Assembly: GCA_951406725.2 (NCBI GenBank)
Contig: OX597824.1
Span: 33,108,001-33,172,000, forward strand
Direction: 5' to 3'
DNA length: 64,000 nt
Source: Octopus vulgaris
Lineage: Eukaryota
Shown here piece by piece: positions 12,789-26,882 of this stretch. Position 1 is the stretch's first letter. Each line of letters begins with the position of its first letter. Below the pieces are notes generated by a model. It searched no databases. It was not told where the DNA came from and saw only the letters and a program-made list of their open reading frames with translations. The translations under genes were made by a program, and so were the position numbers.

Positions 12789-15246
12789 TCTTTTATTTTT
12801 TATTTGTTTCAATCATTTGACTATGGCCATGCTGGAGCACTGGCTTGAAGGGTTTTATCAGTCTCTTTTTGCTGAACCACTAATTTATGGGGATGTAAAC
12901 ACACCAACACTGGTTGTGAAGTGGTGATGAGGAGACAAACACAGACACAAAGACACACATACATAAATATATACTAACACACACACACACACATATTCAT
13001 ATACATACATGGCTCAGTGGGTAGGGTGTTACACTCACATATCACAAGATCGTGATTTCAATTCCTTCACTGGGTGGTGTTTTGTGTTCTTGAGCAAGAC
13101 ACTTCATCGTGCATTGCTCTGCGATCACTTCAACACCTAATACGTGGTACACAGTGCACCTGCTCAGACAACGTTGATTCGATGGAGAGAGTGAGCTAAT
13201 GTGTGGCAAGAACATTTGATCCCTACAAACAAATCATTTGTACAGGTTATTCATCAAAAGCTGAACACTAATACATCATCATCGTATGTATACGATGGGC
13301 TTCTTTCAGTTTCCATCTACAATATCTACTCGCAAGGCTTTGATTGTCTTGAGGCTATAGTAGAAGACACTTGCCCCAAGGTAGGTGCCACACAGTGGGA
13401 CTGAACCCAGAACAATGTGGTTGGGAAGCAGACTTCTCCCACACAGTCATCGCTGTGCCTTGCTGTGCTTTCTTTCACTCTGAGACTTCCCATCCCTTTT
13501 GATTGCATATCCAAACCATGCTGTTGCTGTCTTCGCTGTCTTGATGAGCTTTTTTATATATTTAATGCCTACACACTGTCTCAAGGGACTTGACATTTCA
13601 AATGATGTTATATTATTTGCACACTAAACTCAGCTTATTCCTCCTCCTCCTCCTACCTCACACCTCCTCTGCCTCCTCCGCCTCCTCCTCCTCTCCTCTT
13701 CCTCTCCCCCTCCTCCTCCGCCTCCTCCTCTGCCGCCTCTGCCTCTTCCAGCGTTTTCTTCTTCTTCTTCAGCAATTACTTCTCGTGTTTCTCTACTGGG
13801 AAGTATAAAAAAAAAAGAGTAAAAAATCCTGATCAACATTTTCAATGAGTATCATCATCATCACCACATTCTCTTCCCACTCCTCCCCTCCTTGCCCATT
13901 CCTTGTTCCCCTCCTTGCCCACTCCTTTCACCTCCCCTTCCCTCTCTCTCCTTTCACCTCCCCTCAGAGTGGAAGGCAGATTGTAAGATACCTGTGTATG
14001 TACAGCTATGCTACGCCACATGACAGTGAAACATGGGCTATGACTGCAGAGGACATGTGAAGGCTTGAAAGAAATGAAGCTAGCACTTGATGGGTAATGT
14101 CAGTGTGCACATATGAGAGAGTGTAAATGGTTTAAGAGGACAACTGGGTATAACAGGCATCAGATGTTGTGTGTAAGAGAGAAAAACTGCACTGGTTAGG
14201 TCATGTGATGCATATGGATAAGGACAGCTGCTGATTTCTAACTGTGGGGTGAACCTATGGAAAAAAGAAAATAATAATGAAATTATTGTATACAGTGCTC
14301 AGGTGCACCACAACTTGTCAAAAGTGCATATAAAATTTATACAGTAATGTACAAATGTCTGGGAGGTGAACAGTGTATGAGTCAGATACATGTTTGCGTG
14401 TGTATGGAGGGGAAAAAAAAATCAGGTGCAGTACTGGCGAATCTCAGGAAGCATGGAAGTTTTGAAGGATGCAGTGCTCTGACAACTAACAACTGATGCT
14501 AGCAGTGTGTTCCATGCTTCAGCAACTCTTAAAGGGGTAGACCCAGGAAAACATGGGACAAAGTGGTGAGAAAAGATCTTCAAATGCTGGGCCTCACTGA
14601 GGAAATGACAAGAGGCCAGGAGTTGTGGTAATTTGCTGTGCTTGAGAAGAAAACATCAAGCTAAGTATTATCATGATCATCCATACATACAGACATGCCC
14701 TTTGCAGGTGCTGGTGCCATGCAAAATGCACTTGTGCTGGTGCCATGTCGTTACGTTCTGAGTTCAAATTCCGCCGAGGTCGACTTTGCCTTTCATCCTT
14801 TCGGGGTCAATAAATTAAGTACCAGTTATGCACTGGGGTCGATGTAATCGATTTAATACCTTTGACTGTCCTTGTTTGTCCCCTCTATGTTTAGCCCCTT
14901 GTGGGTAATAAAGAAATATATATATGAATGTACCTATGCTGGTGGAACATGAAAGGTACCCAGCACACTCTGTAAAGTGTTTGGTGCTAGGAAGGGCATC
15001 CAACCATAGAAAACCATGCCAAAATAGACAATTGGAGTCTGGACAGCTCTTGTCAAACTGTCCAACCCGTGCCAGCATAGAAAATGGATGTTAAATGACG
15101 ATGATGATGAGGAGGAGGATGATATGTGGAACCATTAATCCCAACACATTTCTGTTGCTCTCTGTTTTTCTTCTCTCCCTCCATTTTTTATTAGTCTATT
15201 TGAGTATTTCAACTCATCAAAATGTAATCTCTGTATTGCCCTTTTT

Positions 15247-15353
15247 CATGCCCTGAAGATTTTCCACCCAAGATATTTTGAAAAGCAAACTTATATATTT
15301 ATATATGCTCTGTTATTTAAATTGGATGTGAAATGAAACAATTGTTGGCAATG
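15247..15353 (+). ncRNA. Hammerhead ribozyme with extended helix II
   Basis: UGCC | CUGAAGA | UUUUCCAC..~60 nt..GUGAAA(U) | GAA | ACAAUUGU | U | GGCA. Followed by a PLE-type tail ending at TA. Confidence 0.65.
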
Positions 15354-15906
15354 GTGATAATTAATTGATAAATTAATTTATATCCATTGAATCTCTCCAT
15401 TTTCAAACTTGATAATATTTGATAGTTTATGATATTTTATAATATATTCATTGAAGGAATATCCCTTCAAAATACAATATATTAAACCAGTGCATCTTGG
15501 ATTAAAATAACCCTATAAGAGGTCTAATTATCCTCATAGTCACTATATGTATATACTCTTTTACTTGTTTCAGTCATGTGACTGTGGCCATGCTGGAGCA
15601 CTGCCTTTAGTCGATCAAATCGACCCCAGGACTTATTCTTTGTAAGCCTAGTACTTATTTTATCGGTCTCTTTTTTGCTAAACCGCTAAGTTATGGGGAC
15701 ATAAACACACCGGCATGCAAACATGCACATACATATATATATATATATATATATGATGGGCTTCTTTCAGTTTCCGTCTACCAAATCCACTCACAAGGCT
15801 TTGGTCGGCGTGAGGCTACAGTAGAAGACACTTACCCAATGTGCCACGCAGTGAGACTGCACCCAGAACCATGTGGTTCGTAAGCAAGCTACTGACCACT
15901 CCTACA

Positions 15907-16030
<124 letters not shown>

Positions 16031-16040
16031 CATATATACA

Positions 16041-16113
<73 letters not shown>

Positions 16114-16852
16114 GCAAATAAGAAAATGGAGGAACAAAATAGTTGGTTCATCAACTTTAGGACATTAGAAATGTTAGCTTATTTATTTATCAGTTTAATA
16201 AATAAATAAGTTAACATTTTTAATGTCCTAAAGTTGATGAACCAACTATTGTGTTCCCCCATTTTCTTATTTGCAAAATAAATTAATGGTAAAATATCTC
16301 TTTACCTCCACCCATTCAATACACTTGGTAAGTTAATTGCAATAAAAACACTTGTGTATTAATAATTGGGTATTATACCAACAGTATACTGGATAGATAT
16401 TATCGCTTAGTGGGTTGGACACACAACCTCTAACTTTTTTGGAGTTAAATATATATATATATATATATAATCAATCATCATCATCATCGTTTAACGTCCG
16501 CTTTCCATGCTAGCATGGGTTGGACGATTTTGACTGAGGGCTGGCGAACCAGACGGCCGCACTAGGCTCCAGTCTTGATCTGGCAGAGTTTCTACAGCTG
16601 GATGCCCTTCCTAACGCCAACCACTCAGAGTGTGTAGTGGGTGCTTTTTACGTGCCACTGGCACGGGGCCAGTCAGGTGATACTGGCAATGACCTCACTC
16701 GAATCTTTTTACACATGCCACCGGCACACACACACACATATATATATATATATAGTTAATCCAAACAAGAAAGCACAAAAAAACACAACAACGCGAGGAC
16801 GTGGAACAAATATAGTATTATTGGACGCTCAGGAAAGAAGGAAAGAAGGAGG

Positions 16853-16887
16853 GTTTAACGTTTCGAGTGGAGCTCTTCGTCGAAAAC
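16853..16887 (-). ncRNA. Minimal hammerhead-like motif (decayed core) in a PLE tail fragment spanning ~16755-16960
   Basis: Minus strand GUUU UCGACGA A GAG-CUCCA-CUC GAA ACGU U AAAC. Confidence 0.5.
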
Positions 16888-18129
16888 ATAGGAGAAGGAA
16901 ATATCCAGAGAAGGGAAGACAGAGGAAAAAAAATCGCCAATGGTACACACGCGGTCACATACATATATATACATATGTATATATGTATGTATGTATGTAT
17001 GTAAGCCTGTTGATTTCCAAAGTAATCTGATTTTTACATTTTAATTTTTGTATTTTTACAATATTATTAATACACATAACAATATTACAAGTATTTTTAG
17101 GTTTTACGTTTAATAGGAGCAGCAAAGTAAGATAGACAATTTTTCAAATAAAATTAATATATTGAACTTGTTATTAATGATCTTAATGTAAATGTTTATA
17201 TGGGAGTAATACTAACAAACAGTTAATCTGCTTCATGTTTCTCAATTGAAGAGAAATGACTGAGTTTTTTTATTAAATTATTATGATTTGATGAGTGCAG
17301 TGATATGGTTTCAAGAAAAGTTTAATTTTAATCAATATTCTTCTTCTTCTTCTCCTCCTCCTTGTTGTTGCTACTGCTGTTTGTTTGTTTGTTTGTTTGT
17401 TGAGCGAAGCAGTCTTCGTCCCAGAGCTCACAAGATCACACCTCTGTAGTGGGAGAAGTCCGAAACGTGGTCCTTTGCTATTCATAAGACCCGCAGAAGA
17501 GAAAGCAGGTCACCCCCACCCCTGACACCGAGAGCATCAATGGATGGATGAATGCGCATCCAGGCTCAGCAGTTGCGCAGGAAGTTTGGGACAAGAAACA
17601 GGAAGAAAGAGTGAGAGAAAGTTGGAGCGAAAGAGTACAACAGGGGTCACCACCACCCCCTGCCGGAGCCGCATAGAGCTTTAGGTGTTTTCGCTCAATA
17701 AACACACACAACTTCTGCTCTGGGAATTGAAACCGTGATCCTCCGACCGCGAGTCTGCTGCCCTAACCACTGGGCCATTACACCTCCACTGCTGCTGCTG
17801 TTACTGTTGTTGTTGTCATCATCATTGCTGTTGTAGTTGTCATCCTTTCAGAACAAGTTTAAACTTCTCGATAAATATTCTTTTCTCTTACTCTTCTTCT
17901 AACTTCACTTGAATACTCTTTTTGACTGTGGCCATGCTGGAGCACCGCCTTTAGTCGAGCAAATCGAGCCCAAGATTTATTCTTTGTAAGCCTGGTACTT
18001 ATTCTATCGGTCTCTTTTGCCGAAGCGCTAAGTTATGGAGGCGTAAACACACCAGCATCGGTTGTCAAGTGATGTTGGGGGACAAGCACAGACACACAAA
18101 CATATACACATACATACATACATATATGT

Positions 18130-18237
<108 letters not shown>

Positions 18238-19317
18238 GACGGGCTTCTTTCAGTTTCTGTCTACCAAATCCACTCACAAGGCTTTGGTCAGCCCGAAGCT
18301 ATAGTAGACGACACTTGCCCAAGGTGCCACGCAGTGGGACTGAACCCGGAACCATGTGGTTGGTAAGCAAGCTACTTACCACACAACCACTCCTACAGCT
18401 AATGAGAACAGTTGCATCATGAAGTGCAAATCACTTAAAGTGGGGAGAAGTTGTGAAAGAAGGTGATTCAGGAAGGTATAGGATGAAGTACTAAAAACTG
18501 ATCTCAAAATGCTGAATCTTATGAAGGAGATGACAGAGGGCAAAGGTATGTGATTTTACTGCTGTACTTGAGAAGACCTGCCCACCACAATAGAATCAAG
18601 ATCCTAAAACTAAGATGCCACATAAAAAGCATTGGTGTGGGTGCTGGTGCCACGAAAATGGCACTGGTGCTCATGCCACTTAAAACGCACTGGTGATGGT
18701 GTCATGTAAAAAGCAGCCAGTAGAGTGGTTTGCATTATGAAGAGCATCCAGCTGTAAAAACCAAGCCAAAACAGACTATGGAACCTGGTGTGGCGCCTGG
18801 CCTTGCCAGTTTCTGACAAGCTGTTCAACCCATGCCAGTATGGAAAATGGACATTGGATGCTGATGATGATGATGATGATGTTGTCTTTGTCAAAAATTG
18901 CTTCAGGTTTTTGGTTGTTTTTTACTTTGATCAAGTGCATGACCAGTAATGAAATATTTTAGTTCCTTACTGTTAATTAGTCTGATGATAAGTAAGTTCG
19001 AATATGTGATGTTAAAAATATTTTGGTGGAGCAAAAACCAGTTGAAGAATATTTCCAAATGCAAATATGAAGTGCAAAAGCAGAATTCTACTCTACAGCA
19101 TCAACTGCACTAGCCCTTACTAACACCAAAAAGGAAGAAGCATGAAAGTATTATTAAGAGGGATTGTTGAATGAGGAGAATGCATAGGAGACAGAAACTG
19201 TATCCTATAAGGACCCAACAGAGGGACCAGCCATTCAAGTTGGCACCAAAATTAAAGAAGGCGGGTGGTCCTTTAGGAATAGTTGCTGAGATGCTTAATA
19301 TATATAAATATATATAA

Positions 19318-19373
<56 letters not shown>

Positions 19374-19450
19374 ATATATATGTATATATACGTGTATATA
19401 TATATATATGTGTGTGTGTATGTGTGTATATATGTATATATATATGTATA

Positions 19451-19548
<98 letters not shown>

Positions 19549-19989
19549 CATCATCATCATCATCGTTTAGCGTCCGCTTTCCATGCTATCATGGGTTGGA
19601 CGGTTCAACTGGGGTCTGGGAAGCCAGAAGGCTGCACCAGGCCCAGTCTGATCTGGCAGTGTTTCTACGGCTGGATGCCCTTCCTAACACAAGCCACTCC
19701 GTGAGTGTAGTGGGTGCTTTTTACGTGCCAGACGAGGCTGGCAAACGGCCATGATCAGATGGTGCTTTTTACATTCCACCGGCACGAGGGCCAGGCGAGG
19801 CTGGCAACGGCCACGATCGGATGGTGCTTTTTGCGTGCCACTGGTACGGGTATCTCAACTACAATTTCCATTTGATTTTCATTTTGATGTTGATGTTAAT
19901 GTACTTGACTCAATAGGTCTCCTCAAGCACAGCGGGTCACCCTATGATCCAAGGTTAGCACAGCAAGTTGATCTACGAGCCATGAACTC

Positions 19990-20400
19990 ACTTCATTCAT
20001 TGGGTCTTTGCAGTCACAGCATATCTCCAGAGGTTTTGGTGTTTCGTCATAGCCTCTGTGAGGCCCAATGTTCGAAGGTCATGCTTGACCACCTCATCCC
20101 ATGTCTCCCTGAGTCTACCTCTACCCCTGATTCCTTCAACAGTTTGGGAATGGCACTTCTTCACACATCTCTCCTCATTCATCCTAAGTACATGACCATA
20201 CCAACGCAAACGTCTCTCCTGCACACCACATCTGATGCTTCTTATGTTCAACATTTCTCTCAGGGGGCTTACACTCTGTCGTGCATGCACACTGACATTG
20301 CATATCCAGCGGATCATGCTAGCTTCATTTCTTTCGAGCCTATGCATGTCCCCCGCAGTCTCAGCCCATGTTTCACTGCCGTGAAGCACAGTACCTCAGC
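19990..20400 (-). pseudogene. RTE-clade LINE ORF2 C-terminal fragment
   Basis: LHGSETWA...ERRLRWYGHVLRM...GRGR.R.TW. Related pieces at ~13970-14660 (+) and ~18400-18580 (+). Confidence 0.85.
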
Positions 20401-20981
20401 ATAGCTGCAGTCTAATGACTGAAACAGGTAAAGGATAAAAGATTAAAGATATCGTAGTCATGGCTGATGCTGGTGTCACGTAACTGGCACCCATGCTGGT
20501 GATACATAATAAGCACCTTTCGAGTGTTGGGCCACCCGGAGGCAAAGTGGCTGATGCAGGCAGCACATGAAAAACTCCTTTGGGCCTCACAAAGGCAATG
20601 ACTGAAACTTTTGACATTATACCATGCTCGAGAAGAAGACACATCAAGCCAAATAAATTCACAGTCATAGCAGATACCAGTGTCACGCAAATGGCACGTA
20701 AAAGCACCCATTGCAGCCTTGGAGTGGGTGGCGTTAGAAAGGGCATCCAGCAGTAGAAACCATGCCAAATCTGACCGGAGTTTGGTGTAGCTTTCCAGCT
20801 TACTAGCTCTGGTCAAAGCGTCCAACCCATGCCAGCATGGACAACGGACGTTAAATGATGATGGTGATGATAGAGAGAGAGAGAGTGAGAGAGAGCAATA
20901 AGAAAATGGAGGGGATCAATAGATGGTTCATCAGCTTTTTGACATATTATGTCAACTTATTTATTTGTTTACTAAAATGAC

Positions 20982-21014
<33 letters not shown>

Positions 21015-21696
21015 TGTATGTATGTATGCATGTATGTACGTATGTATGTATGTATGTATGTATATATATATATATATATATATGTGAATATTTATGTGTG
21101 TATGTATGTATATGTGTGAGTGTATGCATACACACACATACACAATAAAATTGGTATGCGTTAATATTTTATGAAATATACGTTATCACGAGGTAATCTA
21201 TTATTATGTGCTTGAACGTTAATACTGTAGAATTTCACACCAGACAACAAAAGCAATTTTAAATAGATAAGAGTAAAGCCAGGGACAGTGTCAGGCAATC
21301 ATTTGGGTCAATATATTTAACAATACAAATAGAGAAAATAAACATTGAATCGCTCATCTCGACGCTTCTAACTATTGTACACAATTCTTCTTCTTTTTTT
21401 TTAACAGTAAAGAGGCCACTCGGATGATATTTGATATTAGAGTGAAAGAGTTAAGTGTTTAATATTAAAGTGAAAGCAGACGATGAAACCAACTTTCGTG
21501 TTAAAACCACCGAGATTTTAATTAAAGTGCTGTTGCCACGTTAAGCTGCGATTTTGAAAGACGCGAATTAAAAGTTTACACAAGTAAAAAAGAAAAATAA
21601 TAAAGAAAGAAAGGAATAAATTACTCCAGAAAAGGAAAACCTCTGAACAAAAGTTGTTTCAGTAATTAAAAAAAAAACTGTAGGACACTAGTTACG

Positions 21697-21759
21697 ATGC
21701 AGCAAGAACCACCTTCGATATTACCGTATATGAATGGACCTATCATACGTATGAAACCG
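21697..21759 (+). CDS. Galectin coding exon 1 ([21 protein letters not shown])
   Basis: ATG at 21697, 63 nt, followed by donor GTAAGA. Ends in PIIRMKP, analogous to the PPIFNP that precedes CRD2. Lies in a repeat-poor stretch. Confidence 0.7.
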
Positions 21760-23685
21760 GTAAGAAGTAAACAAATTATGTATTTCATATGTGTTTATAT
21801 GACTATCTTGGCTCTTTAAATAGTTATTAAATCATTATTGCTTTTTTTTTTTATATCTGATTACAGATTTACAGGCGTTCATTGACAAGGCGGATCTTCG
21901 AGAAGTATACATACATAAAAGTTCCGCCTAAAAATATTGCAATGTTATTAAGTATCAACAAACTCGTCAAATGCAGGAGGTTGTTTTTATTAATGTGTAT
22001 AATGCATTATACATTCATGAATATGCGATTTCATTGATATGTATATTACACAACCCATGCATTTTTCTACACATACACAACCACCTATATCTACTTGGTG
22101 GGTAGATATTGTGTCTTTTGAATCCAGTATTGTTTTTTTTAAATAGTGACTGGGATTAAGAGCTGATAAATAATCGCAACTGATACCTTTAATCTAATCG
22201 ATACTACTGTATATATTTAAAATACACGGCGTTCGATTATTCTAGAAGATGCTATTTTTTTACCTATCACATTCCGATGTCCTCTCGAACTGCGTTAGGA
22301 GATAAAAAAAAGTTTCTTGTAAAAATATCCATTGGTAGGGGTGAGGAGAATGGGGCCCTTTTATTGTTGGAATAGAGTGAATGCATATAATCAACTATCA
22401 ACGTATGGTTTATTGCATTAAAAACTGGGAAATTGAAAATATAAACAAAAAGATATACGGAGGGGATACTCCATATGATCTGATCTCCTGACCAGCTAGA
22501 AAGAGCAGCAAAATGTTCCTCAGCTCACACCACCCAAGTCTCCTAAATAAGGAAAGGACACGTTAGATATTGTAATCCAAAATATCATCTAAAATGATGG
22601 GATGGTCACAGGTGGAATGCCTTTGATCATAGGTCTGTTGGATCGGTTCGATGTGGGGCTAAACAACGACAACAACAACAGCGAGAAAACGAAAAGGTTA
22701 GAGCTAATGTGGGAGTATCTGCCTGTTAGAAATAACAATCAGTTGCCTTCGAAACATAATCTTACGGTTATAGATAGGGTAAGACATCTTGGATGCAACA
22801 TTCCTTTGATAAATTAACAAAAGGCAGGAAGAAATAGGGGCGTGACAATGTAAGCGTTTGTAAGTGAAGTAAACAATCTCTCTCTCTCTCTCTCCGTCTC
22901 GCTCTCTTTCTCTCTCTCTCCACGCACATACGCTTACGCGTGCACATATATTTGGGAAGGGGAATGTGTGTATGGGCGGTTGGTTTGTTGTGAAAATACG
23001 CGGCCAGTTGGTTAGGGTGTTACACTTAAAATCGCAAGACCACGGTTTCGATTTCTGAACCGGGCGGTGCGTTTTTTTCTTGAGCAAAACATTTCATTTC
23101 ACATTGTTCAATCCACTCAGCTGTAAAGGAGTAACCCAGGAATGAACTGGTATCCAATTCAGTGGGGAATGTTGTGGTCTTGGTCCAGAAATGTCCAGAA
23201 TACACACATGCACACTCTATCTATGTATTTATATAGATGGGGAGTCTCTTGGGGGAGACTCTATCGTGGCACGTGACTCTCGAAGAGACTTTTACAATGA
23301 ACTAGTGGAAGGCAAGCCCACGCGTGGTGGACAGAAAACGCACTCCAAGGATACAATTGATGCCACACTGAAGAGCTTTCAGATCATCCCTGACACCTGG
23401 GATGCACCAGCACAAGATTTCCCTGCCTGACAATGCTGCGCCAACAGAGATGTCAGCCCCTATGATAAGAACAGGATTGCAAGGGCACAAAGAAAATGCA
23501 AACTGAGCAAGTCCATATCCAACTCCTTACCTTCAGTCCCAGCTGACCACCAGTGCCCAATCTGTGTCGGAGCCTTCCAAGCATGCATCGGACTGATCAA
23601 CCACAGCCTGACACACCATGACCCATCCTCTTCTCCCATGTGATGTCCTTGGTCAATATTGACAACAATGGATGATCTAATAATA

Positions 23686-23717
<32 letters not shown>

Positions 23718-23878
23718 GATAATAATTACACTCTTGGAGTGGTTGGCGTTAGGAAGGGCATCCAGCTGTAGAAAGATTGTCAGATCAGATTGGAGCCTGG
23801 TGCAGCTGCTGGCTCTCCAGACTCCAGTCAAACCATCCAACCCATGCCAGCATGGAAAATGGCCGTTAAACAATGAAA

Positions 23879-23923
<45 letters not shown>

Positions 23924-24710
23924 TATTCCCTGATGCAGTACCAGGCAGTGGCTCTCATGGCTTCTGATCTTAACTGATTGGAAGTGTTATCATGTACATT
24001 GTTTTGTCTTGGTATAAAAGATGGGCTACAGCAAATATTCTGCTCAATACCACAGATTTGCTTGTCAGTTGTTTGACCTTAACCAGTTGAGCATGTCCCT
24101 TAGTGGCTGACGATATGTGCATCTCTGATCACGAGCAGAAGTAGTGGGGGAGCAATGCCCTGATGCAGTACCAGGCAGTGGCTCTCATGGCTTCTGATCT
24201 TAACTGATTGGAAGTGTTATCATGTACATTGTTTTGTCTTGGTATAAAAGATGGGCTACAGCAAATATTCTGCTCAATACCACAGATTTGCTTGTCAGTT
24301 GTTTGACCTTAACCAGTTGAGCATGTCCCTTAGTGGCTGACGATATGTGCATCTCTGATCACGAGCAGAAGTAGTGGGGGAGCATCATAGCCATGTGTTG
24401 AGAGGGATTCTTTGGGATTTGAATAGTTCACCTCTGGAAACATGGGTGGTTCTTTCAACATCCTTAAACAACCCTTATTCAGGGACCGTTTGAGTGGGAT
24501 GGGCTACTCAACCTGAAGAAAATTCTAACTGGGCCCCACCTGCAAGGTCATGTGCTGTTTATCTTGATATGAGATCACCATGTCGCGCACATATGGTTGT
24601 GATGCATGTGCCTGGTGTACCTTTATCAGACGGGTAGTCATGATGGGTATATTGGACTTCGTATATTTTACCCCAGTGTCACTTTGATGGTATGAACTGC
24701 TCTCTCACTC

Positions 24711-24749
<39 letters not shown>

Positions 24750-25793
24750 TGCTCATATCCTATGCAAAAACCTCAAGTTTTAAAACAAACATAATTTTCG
24801 TATGTTATTTTTTTAGACATTCACTAGTACAACACTAAATACAAAACCAAATATATGGCACACTAGGCATAACAACAACATGAACTTCCAACCTGTTGTC
24901 TCTTGAGGTCTCTGGGCGAGACTTGGAGCCAACTTGTACAAATATAAAGCAAAAGTCAAACATAGAATAATAATAACAATAATAATAATAATAATGAGAA
25001 GAAGAAGAAGAAGAAGAAGAAGAAGCTTTGTAGATATAATTATATTCATTGTATTAGCTTGTTCTGCTTTTTTTTTTATGCATGAGTGGAGGTAAAAATT
25101 GAAACAAGTATGCTCTGTCGGAAGGGTCTACATTATCAGTGTTGTACAGATAAACTGAGAGATAAATGGTGGTGTTGCTAGGGTGTGTTCCATTCAGAAC
25201 AGTCCTTGAGCTTACCCTTGTTCATCATTCTCTGCATTTGCCTCTACCTCCATCTCTAACCATTCCTCACACTCCCCTCGCACTCTAATGAAACAGTTCC
25301 CTCATCTCACAAATCCCCTGTTTGTAACCTCTTTAACACTCACCATCTTGTATCTTGAGATGCTCTGGCATCTTGTCACCACCATCCATTCATCCTACAC
25401 TAACCATTATATAATGCACGACAACCTTGTATCTGCTCTGTAGCAAGACACCCGGGGTTCTCCTTCCAACACACTTTAGCCTCTCACAACTTGGCATAAC
25501 CCATTTTCAAATACTTCCCCTTCTTAGTTGAGGGGGCTTTTTTTTTCTGCCCTTTTTTTCCTGTTGTTTTCCTGCCATGCAAGTTACATGGCAACCTCAT
25601 ATGTGCCACCCCTCCACTCTACCCCTCCAATGCACCATTCTCCGAGCCTTCCAGCGATTTCATCAATAAGGTGAATTATAATCGTCACTAAATGTGACTA
25701 GGGTGTTAAAAAACACCTACATTTCTAGAAGAGCTAAAATGTTCTACTGTATTTTAGCTCTTATTTCTAGCAAGGTAGGTGTTTTTAACACCC

Positions 25794-25828
<35 letters not shown>

Positions 25829-26202
25829 GCTACCATGGAAAATGGACATTAAACGACGACGACGATGATGATGATGATGATGATATATATATATTTATAT
25901 ATACATATTTGGAAAAAGACTAGAGTTCTATACTAATCAAATTTCTATATATAAAAGATGAAGGTGGGAATAGCGTAGAAGTAAGTCTAAGACATTTCAA
26001 TTTAAGAGAGAATTTAATAAAAATGATTAAAAAAATTATATAAAGAAAATATTGCTGGTTTTGATTAAACTCATCTTATCAAATATTAGTAAAAATTTAT
26101 AAAAATTTGAAGTGAAAACATTCTGTCTTCTTTTTGGGGGTCAAGAACATGTCACACAACTGAAATAAACTCATTGTATATATATATACTTTATTAATAA
26201 AG

Positions 26203-26243
<41 letters not shown>

Positions 26244-26820
26244 TTTATTAATAAAATATATGTATATATATCTTTATATGTAAAAGAGAGGTTGTGTGCT
26301 GTCTGTCTCCTACGATTTAGATTCCTAACTACTCCCACATTTTGCAGTGCAGTTTAACCAAAACCGGGTATCTTATAGTCGTGATTTATATCGAGCCCTT
26401 CTGGGTATTAGCGCACGTCTACGATGAGTCTACGATTTAAAAAAAAATTTACCATCATTTTATCCCATTTATAATGCATTTTTTTTGCTATTATATAAGG
26501 GAAGTAACTCTCTAAAATGTATTATTAATTCTCAGAACGTAAAAAGCTACAGTAACACACCCCTTTGTGGTTAGCCATATTGAGATGGCTATTATACTTT
26601 ACATCTCTAAAAATGCTTATATAGTTATTTCCCTTATAAACCCGAGCAACGCCAGGCGATACTGCTACTATATATATACTTTATTAATAAAGCTGCAAAG
26701 ATATCAAAAAATCTTACACTGAGTTTCAAGTTCCTGTTTGCCAGCTTTATTAATAAGCATATTACTCTACCTCCAGTATTCGAGTACTAATTTTTCCATC
26801 TTGTTTCACATTTATATGCT

Positions 26821-26882
<62 letters not shown>

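Noticed and set aside
13625-13960. Poly-Pro/Gly/Ser ORFs and G-rich strand (also 5690-5820)
   Set aside because: Low-complexity (CCT)n/(CAC)n repeats without splice or homology support.
19751-20404. 217-aa plus-strand ORF
   Set aside because: Antisense to an RTE LINE fragment and a SINE tail.
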